A DNA stretch of 64,000 nt. It comes from an uncultured Desulfosarcina sp. (GTDB lineage: Bacteria > Desulfobacterota > Desulfobacteria > Desulfobacterales > Desulfosarcinaceae). The notes under the pieces were generated by a model. It did not search any database. It was given only the letters and a program-made list of their open reading frames with translations, and was not told the origin of the DNA. Below, one piece after another: positions 8,531 through 17,400 of the stretch. Where the stretch lies: positions 448,001-512,000 of the forward strand of contig CAXXWQ010000002.1 in assembly GCA_963674945.2 (NCBI GenBank), in the 5' to 3' direction. The position numbers were made by a program, and so were the translations under genes. Numbering within the stretch: position 1 is the first letter of the stretch; every line of letters starts with the position of its first letter.

Positions 8531-8589
8531 TAAAGATATTTCGTTGAAAACCGATAAAGTACGGAGAAGGGAAACGAGATTGCCCTTTT
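8531..8589 (+). promoter_or_regulatory. sigma28-like promoter and conserved upstream element, copy 2
   Basis: TAAA(8531)-N15-ACCGATAA(8550-8557); 8543-8589 is 36/47 identical to 1554-1600. Confidence 0.6.
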
Positions 8590-8670
8590 TATCTTTGCGA
8601 TCTTGGCGACTCGAGTGAAGTCCGGTCAATGTGACGGGATAAACAGTGCGGTCAAATTAGAAAAGGAACG

Positions 8671-9663
8671 ATGATGAGATTTTTTACGATTCGTATGTGG
8701 CTTTTTCTCCCAATTTTGTGCGCTGTCTCCTGGTTGTCAACGGAGGCCATCTTTGCCGAATCGGTGATCGTTGACCACAATCATACAGATATTACCGCGA
8801 TACCACAGTCGGCCATCGCACAGGCGAAACAGACACTTCACATCGCCTATGGCCACACCTCCCACGGAAGTCAGTTGACAACGGGCATGACCGGGTTGGT
8901 GAGCTTTGCCAATGGCGGTGGATTGGGTCTTTCCCTTCCGGACAACTTCTTTGCATGGGACAACGGCGGGACGGACGGTGCTTTAGACCTTCACGATTAC
9001 GCCATGGGTGGGGATGTGGGTTACTACCCCCAATGGGTAGACAACACGCGGGCCTATCTGGATGATCCGGAAAACGCGGATGTCAACGTGATCATCTGGT
9101 CATGGTGCGGACAGGTGGACGACAAGTACGCCGCCGGCACCCTGGATACCGAGTATCTGACACCCATGGCCCAGTTGGAAGCCGACTATCCCGATGTTAC
9201 CTTCGTATACATGACCGGGCATGTGGATATCGACGACGACGCAGACAACAAGGCCGCCAATCAGGTGATTCGGGACTTTTGCGAGAACAATGGCAAGGTG
9301 CTTTTCGATTTTGCCGATATCGAACACTACGATTCCGACGGCCAATATTTCGAATATGTCGATGACGATTGCAGTTATTACGATGGTCCCCGCGGTACCT
9401 ACCTGGGAAATTGGGCCGTTGCGTGGCAAGATGCCCACGTGGAAGGGCAGGACTGGTACGATTGCAGTTCCGCCCACAGTGAGCCGCTCAACGCGAACAG
9501 AAAAGCCTATGCCGCATGGTGGTTGTGGGCGAGGCTTGGCGGCTGGGATCCGGCGCCGGTTGTCGATGGCAACGATGATGACGATTCCCCTCCGGTTGCT
9601 TTTCAGGCTGACGATGGTGGCAGTGGCGGTTGTTTCATTCGTGCCGCCATCTTTGACAGGTAA
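8671..9663 (+). CDS. Secreted acidic protein (possible SGNH-like fold) with a C-terminal GGSGGCFI tail
   Basis: Signal peptide; motifs HIAYGHTSHGSQL, NVIIWSWCGQ, FVYMTGH, LFDFADIE, AHSEPLN, AAWWLWARL.GW; Asp/Pro linker then DDGGSGGCFIRAAIFDR. Confidence 0.75.
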   Translation: MMRFFTIRMWLFLPILCAVSWLSTEAIFAESVIVDHNHTDITAIPQSAIAQAKQTLHIAYGHTSHGSQLTTGMTGLVSFANGGGLGLSLPDNFFAWDNGGTDGALDLHDYAMGGDVGYYPQWVDNTRAYLDDPENADVNVIIWSWCGQVDDKYAAGTLDTEYLTPMAQLEADYPDVTFVYMTGHVDIDDDADNKAANQVIRDFCENNGKVLFDFADIEHYDSDGQYFEYVDDDCSYYDGPRGTYLGNWAVAWQDAHVEGQDWYDCSSAHSEPLNANRKAYAAWWLWARLGGWDPAPVVDGNDDDDSPPVAFQADDGGSGGCFIRAAIFDR

Positions 9664-9727
9664 AAATAAATTAGCCATCCCAGTTAAAATTCGCTTCGCT
9701 CTTCACTATCGTGCATTTTATGGGATA

Positions 9728-9867
9728 GACGGACACACACGGAAAAAAGAGGTGATGGGCCGTAGACGGTAGGCTGTAGGAAAGCATAGAGCGGAGAGCA
9801 ACCAGTGATGGGTGATGCGTAATGGGTGATGAGTGGAAAGAGCTGAAAGCAGGGAGTGGGAAGCGAA
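9728..9867 (+). repeat. Composite spacer repeat (10-mer tract plus four heptamer tracts) upstream of the TA pair
   Basis: GACGGACACACACGGA; TGGGCCG TAGACGG TAGGCTG TAGGAAA; AGCATAG AGCGGAG AGCAACC; AGTGATG GGTGATG CGTAATG GGTGATG AGTGGAA; AGAGCTG AAAGCAG GGAGTGG GAAGCGA. Confidence 0.9.
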
Positions 9868-9931
9868 TTATTGGATCGATGCACGTACTGCGATTCATGA
9901 TGATTGGAATTCGAATTTCGGCCATTGTCGG

Positions 9932-9967
9932 TTGACTTTATGTTGTGTACGTTTTAAAGTGTACACA
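9932..9967 (+). promoter_or_regulatory. sigma70 promoter with overlapping palindromic operator of the TA operon
   Basis: TTGACT(9932)-N17-TAAAGT(9955); inverted repeat TGTGTAC-N10-GTACACA (9944-9967) straddles the -10 box. Confidence 0.75.
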
Positions 9968-9986
9968 TTAGAAAGGGGCTATTATC

Positions 9987-10220
9987 ATGAAAATCAATGC
10001 CGCCGAATTCAGAATGAAATGTTTCAAAATATTGGATCAGGTGAATTCTACCCATCGGGAGGTGATTATCACGAAACGGGGTAAACCCATTGTAAAGATA
10101 GTACATGTAGAGCAGGATGATAAAAGGGACCCGATGTTGGGAGCGCTGTCAGGCACCGGAAGGACCCTTGAAGACCTTACGCTACCGATAGTCGAATCGG
10201 ATGCATGGGAATTGGATTGA
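9987..10220 (+). CDS. Phd/YefM-family antitoxin
   Basis: MKINAAEFRMKCFKILDQV...EVIITKRGKPIVKIV signature; overlaps the toxin start. Confidence 0.92.
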   Translation: MKINAAEFRMKCFKILDQVNSTHREVIITKRGKPIVKIVHVEQDDKRDPMLGALSGTGRTLEDLTLPIVESDAWELD

Positions 10221-10612
10221 TGATCTTGCTGGACACACATGTCTGGTGGTGGAGTCTTGCCGAACCGGAGAATCTTTCAGCGGATACAATGGCGGTGATT
10301 CGCACCACAAAAACAGACGAACGTTTCATCTCATCGATTTCGATTTGGGAATTTGCCATGATGTTGGCAAAAAACAGGATTGAGTTGAAAATTTCTCCAA
10401 CCAAATGGTTGTCGAAAGCCATCGATGCATCCGGAATTACAGTGATCGAATTGTCTCCGGAAATCGCTGTCGATTCATGTAATCTGCCTGGTGATTTTCA
10501 TAAAGATCCTGTTGATCGAATTATCGTCGCTACCGCCAGAATTCATAACCTCACATTGTTAACCAAGGATAAAAAGATATTGGACTATCCGCATGTAAAA
10601 TCTTTTTGGTGA
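10220..10612 (+). CDS. vapC: VapC-family PIN-domain toxin
   Basis: ATG 10220 overlaps the antitoxin TGA; MILLDTHVWWW, ISSISIWE, HKDPVDRIIVATA, LLTKD. Confidence 0.93.
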   Translation: MILLDTHVWWWSLAEPENLSADTMAVIRTTKTDERFISSISIWEFAMMLAKNRIELKISPTKWLSKAIDASGITVIELSPEIAVDSCNLPGDFHKDPVDRIIVATARIHNLTLLTKDKKILDYPHVKSFW

Positions 10613-10653
10613 TTTGATGAAGATTCTAAGGGCATAATCAATTAGAAGGATTA

Positions 10654-10793
10654 GCCACAGACCCACACAGACGAACACGGACAGAAAAATAGGTGGTAGA
10701 CTATAGGCTGTAGGTTATAGGCTACGGGTATTGAGTTATGAGTGGAAAAAGCTCAGAGTTTGGAGCAGGGAGCGAGGAGCGAAGGTGGTGAGT
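10654..10793 (+). repeat. Composite spacer repeat downstream of the TA pair (same module order as 9728-9867)
   Basis: GCCACAGAC CCACACAGAC GAACACGGAC; TAGACTA TAGGCTG TAGGTTA TAGGCTA; ATGAGTGGAAAAAGCT; GAGCAGG GAGCGAG GAGCGAA. Confidence 0.9.
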
Positions 10794-10825
10794 GGAGACT
10801 TGAAACCTTCCCCCGTAAGGTATTG

Positions 10826-10864
10826 AAAAAGGGGCTTGGCGATGGTTTTCGTCAGGCCTTTTTC
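10826..10864 (+). terminator. Probable intrinsic terminator
   Basis: GGGGCTTGGCGA / TCGTCAGGCCTT 12-bp stem with G-U pairs, followed by a T-run. Confidence 0.5.
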
Positions 10865-10985
10865 TTTCTCCAAGTTATCCCCTCACATTTGTGGGGATTC
10901 GCTCGATGTCACGGAGACAATAGAGAAAAAAATCTGAATATTTCTTCAGTTGGCTTTTTCAACCATCAATTCTTGGAATCATCCG

Positions 10986-11174
10986 TTAATCAAGGTGGTC
11001 ATCTTTTTTTCTCTTAATTGATATAATCATGAAACAAGCTCCTGAGGCTAATCCTAAAGAGCCCCAATTTGAACTGAGAACAAGGTTGCCAAAACAAATA
11101 AATTTGTCAGAGCTCATCCAATAGCCAGAAGCCAATATTATTATTAGAGATATTGCAGTTAAGAAGTTATTCAT
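10986..11174 (-). CDS. Small two-TM membrane protein, candidate Rhs immunity protein
   Basis: AT-rich 62-aa ORF with two hydrophobic segments and a KRKK tail, co-directional with rhs. Confidence 0.5.
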   Translation of the reverse strand: MNNFLTAISLIIILASGYWMSSDKFICFGNLVLSSNWGSLGLASGACFMIISIKRKKDDHLD

Positions 11175-11199
11175 AAAGGATGATATCTTACATCATTAT

Positions 11200-11415
11200 T
11201 TAGAATGTTTTAAAAATACCAATTAAAATTAATACACCTATCAAGATAAATACGATACCAATGAGACCTCGTAATTTATATTGAGCACGCAATTGGAAAA
11301 GAGCATTAGGTTCAGGAGGGGCAATGTATTTCCCTGAGACGGAAGAGTAAACCATAAGGGCACCGCAAACAGAAAAGACAACTGCAATTATAACTATCAT
11401 AATAAGATAAACCAT
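11200..11415 (-). CDS. Small two-TM membrane protein, candidate cognate immunity protein of the Rhs C-terminus
   Basis: Starts 18 bp after the rhs stop; AT-rich; 71 aa with two hydrophobic helices. Confidence 0.65.
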   Translation of the reverse strand: MVYLIMIVIIAVVFSVCGALMVYSSVSGKYIAPPEPNALFQLRAQYKLRGLIGIVFILIGVLILIGIFKTF

Positions 11416-11433
11416 ATTGATTACGAATCCAAT

Positions 11434-14400
11434 CTATTTACATTTGTTATGATCTATTGTGTCAATTGTTTTCGATATATTTATGGGTGGGGTTATACCC
11501 AGTCCTACATTGATACCGAATTGTCCGCTCAACGGGTAATAGCTTATTCCCAAATAACGATTTAAGCCAAATGTAAAAGCAAGATTACCTATTGCATTAA
11601 AACCATTTAAATCGGAAATATTAAATACAAACTCTGTGCCACCACCAATCAAACTTGTAGAAACGCCTATATCAGTCTTAGTGCTAAACCAGTTACCATT
11701 TCGGTTATGAATTTGAGTAGAGTAATCAGTGAAAAGTATTGAACCTCCAACATTCGTACGACTATAGTGTATCGTACTATCTGGAACGAAGTTTTCAATC
11801 ATTTCTGGACCAAAAGCCTCTAATCCCATCGGATCAGTCCAATTAACTGGATTATTACCTACATACCCATAAACATTAATCCCCCCAACCAAACCAATGG
11901 GATCGGTCCGCATGTATCTTCCGGTTCGGGGATCATAATACCGATGGTAGTTATAATGAAGGCCGGTTTCACCATCATGGCACTGGCCCGGGAACCGGAA
12001 ATTATTAACAAAGCCGTTGGCCGTTATATCAACCTGGCCGAAGGGTCGGTAATCGCCTTGCCAGACGACATCGCCGAACTCATCGGTAATGATGATCGGG
12101 GTCCCAAGATGATCGTTGATGAAAAAATAGAGTTTGTCAACGGTCCGTTGGGCGGTGATGGCCTCCGGCAGGATTCCCGTGAGGGGGCCGAAGGATGCCA
12201 GAAGGATGGGTTCGGGTGAGAATACCGGCGGCGTGCCGTCGAACCGGACCGGAAACGGCGACAGGGTCATATCGGCAAGGAGAATGTCCAGATCCATCTC
12301 CACATTGGTGTTTTCGCCGGCCATGATGTTGACGGCCGGCGACCAGACCTGGCTGCCGTCGTGGTCCACCCGGAATTTGTAGGCGCCGTCGGGCACAAGG
12401 AAGTCGGCCATACCGGAAGAATCGGTGCGTTCCATCCGGCCGAGATAGGCGCCGGATTCTGAGAAGAGATAGACCGGGGCATCGAACAGGTCCCAGCCGC
12501 CGACGGTTACGTGGACTGCTGCCCGGCCGTGTTCGATGGAAATGATCGTATCGGTCTGATTGATCACTTCGGACCAGGTTTGTACGGATAGGCAGTCCGC
12601 CCTGAACGCATAGTCGGCCGGCGGAAGGTTGAAGGTTGCCTGGCCGTCTGCATCGGTGAAGGCGCTTCGACCCATGTAGGCGCCGGCGGCGGAGAACAGG
12701 TAGACCGGCACGTCCGCCAGGGGCGCGGCAACCGGGCCGAACTGTCCGTCGACGGTCACTGTTACCATCTGGTGGGTGATGGTGAGCAGATCGGACCGAA
12801 TGTCGGGGATGACATGGTCCGGGGTCCAGTACCGATAACCCAGATAATCGACACGGAACCGATAGCCGCCGTCGGCAAGATCGAAGGCGACCTGGCCGGA
12901 ATCATCGGTATGGGCCGAGAGCCCCAGATAGGCGCCGGCATCGTTGAACACATAAACCGGAACGTCGACCAGAGGCGCGCCGGTCTCCGTTTGGACGGTC
13001 AGGGCGAAGCTGCCGCCGCCTGTGGAAACGGCGATGGGCGTCGTCCCATGGGCCGCCACCGTTGCCGTGGCCCAGAATTGATTTCCCATGTGGTCGGCCC
13101 GGAACCGATAGGTCCCCTGGGGCAGGCGGAAGTTCACTTCTCCCCGGGCATCGGTCTCGCCGCTGATGTTCAGATAGGCATCGGTTATACCGAACACGTA
13201 GACACTGACATTTTCCAGGGGCTGGATTTCCTGCAGTACGGTGACGGCCGCGGTCCCCTCCTCGATGAGGATGTCCGCATCGGCCAGGGTAACGGGATCG
13301 GTCCAGTACTGCCGGCCCATGTAATCGGCCCGGACGGTATAGGCCTGGGCCGGCAGGTTGAACGAGGCCTGGCCGGCGGCGTCGGTGACGGCCGACATGC
13401 CCAGGTAGGCCCCATCGGGTGTGAACAGGTACACCGGTACGCTATCCCTGGCTTCCATATCACCGTCGTCGTTGCCGGCGACCGTGATGACGACATCTTC
13501 ATGGGCGATGGTCATCCCCACGGCATCGGTGGCCGGTACGGAAAAGGCGTCGGTCCAATACCGGTAGCCCAGATAATCGACACGAATCTGATACCCTCCA
13601 TCGGCCAGATGGAAATCGGCGGTACCGTCCCCGCCGGTGGCGGCGCTCTGGCCTAAATAAACGCCGTCATCCGAAAAGAGATAGCAGGAGATTCCGGCCA
13701 TGGGATTTCCTGGGGATTTTTCCATCGTGAAGGTGAGGTTGCCACCGCCGGTGGAGACGGTGACCGGATTGTCCACATGGGCTAACACAGGGGCTGTGCC
13801 GGAAAAATAGCGGCTGCCCAGATAGTCTGCCCTGAAGTTGTAGTTTCCCCGGGGCAAACGAAAGGATATTTCCCCCTGACTGTCGGTCTGGCCGGACAGC
13901 CCCAGGTAGGCACCCGCCTCGTTAAACGTGTGAACATTTACGCCGCCCAGGGGCAGGCCCTGTCCGGTGACCGAAACCGTTGCGATTCCTTCGTCGATCG
14001 TAACGGTTTCGTCGTTCTGGTTGAAGATCGCAGACCAGTATTGTCCACCGATAAAGTCGACCCGGACCTTGTACTCCCCGGCCGGCACCTGGAAGGTCGT
14101 TTGGCCCTGGTCATCGGTGAAGGCGTTGATGCCCAGATGGGAACCGGAGGCGGTGAACAGGTAGACGGGAACTTGCTCCGGAAGCCGTACATCGGCATTA
14201 CAATCCCGCAGGACCGTGATTCCCACATCCTGGTGATCGATGATCAGTTCGGATACGGTGTCGGTGGTCACCGCGATTTCCTCGGTCCAGAACTGATATC
14301 CCATGTAGTCTGCCCGGACCTTGTACATGCCTTCCGGCACAGTGTAGGAAACCCGGCCGGCGGGATCGGTTCGGCCGCTTGCTCCCAGGTAGGCGCCGGA

Positions 14401-17400
14401 TGAGGAAAACAGGTAGACATGAATCCCGTCCAGGGGGGTATGGTCCTGGGTCGTCAGGGTGACGGTCAAGGTCCCCCCGCCGGTGGCAACGGCGAAATCG
14501 TTGGCACCATCCGGTGACACGGTAAGGACGTCGGACATGAACCGGCCACCCAGTACGTCGGCTCGGAACCGGTACCCCTGTCCGGCGGGCAGGATGAACG
14601 AAACATTTCCGTTTTCGTCGGTGATCGCGAAGATGCCCAGGTAAGCGCCGGCCTCATTGAACAGGTAGACCCTGACCCCGGCCTTTGGTCCATCCGCCTG
14701 GGTGATCAGTACTTCGACGGTTTCCACATCGATGACGATGCCGGCGGATGTCGCTCCAGGAAGGGTGACGGCAGAGGACCAGAATCGGTCGCTCAGGTAG
14801 TCGGCCCGGAATGTGTAGCCGCCGGTCGAGAAATCACCGGGATTGAAAGCGGCCTCTCCTGTATCGTCCGTGACGGCAAACCGGCCGGTATAGGCGCCGC
14901 TTTCGGTAAAGGCATAGACGCGAATGCCGGACAGGGCCATGCCCTGTGATGTGGACACCGTGACGGTGAATTCGTCCGATACCGGAGTCGCTGCCACGGC
15001 CGCCAGGCGATGGTCGCCCAAATAAATATAATGGGCGATAAAATCCCCATCGATCGTGGATTCTCCGATGAGATGACCGAATTGATCGTAGTGAAACACC
15101 GTGGTGCCGTCGGCTGTGGTGGCCCGGGTTCGCTGGCCGAGGGAATTGTACATGTACTCGCCCAGGCTGCCGCCGGCGTCGGAGACCTGGATGAGGCGGT
15201 TGTTCCGGTTGTAGGCGTAGGTGATTCCATCTGTGGCGGTCATGTTGCCGGCATCGTCGAATGTGAAACCGGAGGGAAGGGCGCCGGTGATGGTTTGGAG
15301 CCGATGGGTTCCGGGATGGTATTGATAGGTTTCGGTCTGACCATCGACCGTCCGGGTGAGGCGGTTGCCCACACCGTCATAGGCATAGCCGATGGTGCCG
15401 TAGATCCCCGTGGCTTGGGTCAGACGATACAAATCGTCATATTGAAAGGACTGGAAACGGTCGGGGGCCTGGGTGTCGGTGATGGCGGTAATGTTGCCCA
15501 TTGGATCCAGGGTGTAGGACCGATCCATGAGGGACGGGGCGGTGACACCGGTGGTACGGTAGCCGTCGTCGAAGGTGTGGATGACGCGAATGCCGGAACC
15601 GTTGGTGTAATCCGCCACGGGTCCGAAGGGAAGATGTTCGATTTCCTCTGCCACGATCTGCGTGGTTTGATCCATGGTCGTGGTGATCCGAACCACCCGT
15701 CCGGCCCCATCCAGCTCATAGTCCACCTGCCGTCCGTCGGGATAGGTGATGCCGGTGAGCACATCGGCGGCATCGTATTCATAGGAGATGGTGTATATAC
15801 TTCCCGCCATGGTGCGCCGGTCCTGGATCAGATTGCCCGATGGATCATAGGAAAAGGAACAGCTGCCGCCACTGTCGCGAATGCCGGTCAGCCGGCCCTT
15901 TCCGTTTTCACCCGCATCGTACGTGTAGGTGACGTTTTCCTTCGGATCTGCATAGGCGATGTCCGTCAGTCGATACTCGTCGTCATAGGCGAAGTTGACG
16001 ATGATTCCGTTGCCGTCGGTTTTGGAAACCGGATTGCCGGCCTCGTCGAAGAGATAGGCGGTGGTGCCGGCATCGGGAGAAACGATCCTCACCGTGCGGC
16101 CCAGATCGTCGACCACGTATTGTGTGGCCACGTTTTCGGGGTCGGTCACCAGGACCAGGTTGCCCTGTTCGTCGTAATCATAGCCGGTGACCACCGATCC
16201 CGGTTGCACCATGGCGGTCATTCGATTCATCAGGTCATAGGCGTATGTGGTGATCTTGCCCGCGGGATCCGTGACCCGGCGGACATTGCCCGCTGCGTCA
16301 TAATCGTAGGCGAAGAAGGTATCGTCCGGGTTGATCGCCCGATACAGCTTTCCGGGGCGGCTCGGGTGCTGGTAATCGAACCGCTGCCGGAACGTGCGGG
16401 TGCCCGACGGAAGGAAGTAGCCGGTGTCGATGATGTTGCCCTGGCCGTCATAGCCCCGGCCGATCCGGTTGCCCAGGGCGTCGATGGTGGACGTCAAACG
16501 GCCGGTGGCCGGGTCGTATTCATGGGTCAGCGTCGCGCCGTTGGGCAAGGTAACCGTATCCAACATGCCGGCCGATGTGTAGGAAAAACCGGTTGTCGCG
16601 CCGTCCCATTGCCGTGTCATGGCCGTAACCCGCCCCCGACCATCATAACCATAGTCGACGCTGTTCAGGTTGGGATCGGTGATGCGACCGGGTCTGCCGG
16701 CGGCATCGTGCTCGCTGAAGGTCGTCGTGCCCGAAACCGGCCGGGTGACGCCGAGCAGATCACCGGTGATCGAATCATAGGTGCAAGTGGTGGTATCACC
16801 GGTGCCGGAGAGGGGACCATCCACACTTTTCAGCTGCCCTCGGGTATTGTAGGCAAATGTAGTGACCGATTCCACCGGGGCCACTGCTCCCGATGCATCT
16901 TGTGTGAATCCACCGACGATCAACCGATGGACCAGGGGCGTCGGATCTTCATTGGCAATATCGTCGCCGTCATCGTCGTAGTCCCAGGTTGTCATTTTGT
17001 TTCCACTTGCCAGAACGCTCTGCTCAATGCGGGTCAGCGGTTTGTTCAGCGTCGGATGCCAGATCGAAATAACCTCCTTTTCATCCCCCGTTCCCGCAGC
17101 CCGGACAGTCCTGCCGGCATTGCCCCGGTCGTCGAAGTCTGAAAACAGGTCGATCCTTCCGTTGGCATATTCCATCTCGATGACGTTCAAATGCTCATCG
17201 TATTCCCAACGGATTGGCTCTTCCACACAACCGGCGCATCCGGAATCTCCGGTGACACCGAAAATCCGCCTACGTCCCTTGATGGCAGTAAATTGATACG
17301 TTCTCGAGACCCCATAGGCATCGGTTACGACAGCGGCGTTGGCAATGGTATCGTAATCGATGGTAACGCCCCGGCCGTCCGTGGTGTCGTTACGATAACA

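Noticed and set aside
1351..10793. CRISPR array or integron attC interpretation of the spacer repeats
   Set aside because: No constant repeat with unique spacers, no cas or intI gene, and no RYYYAAC...GTTRRRY box pairs were found by eye.
15010..17142. 710-aa plus-strand ORF, and similar ORFs at 34735-36426, 58422-60464, 2355-3614 and 62689-63888
   Set aside because: Each lies opposite a well-supported gene and has no family motifs.
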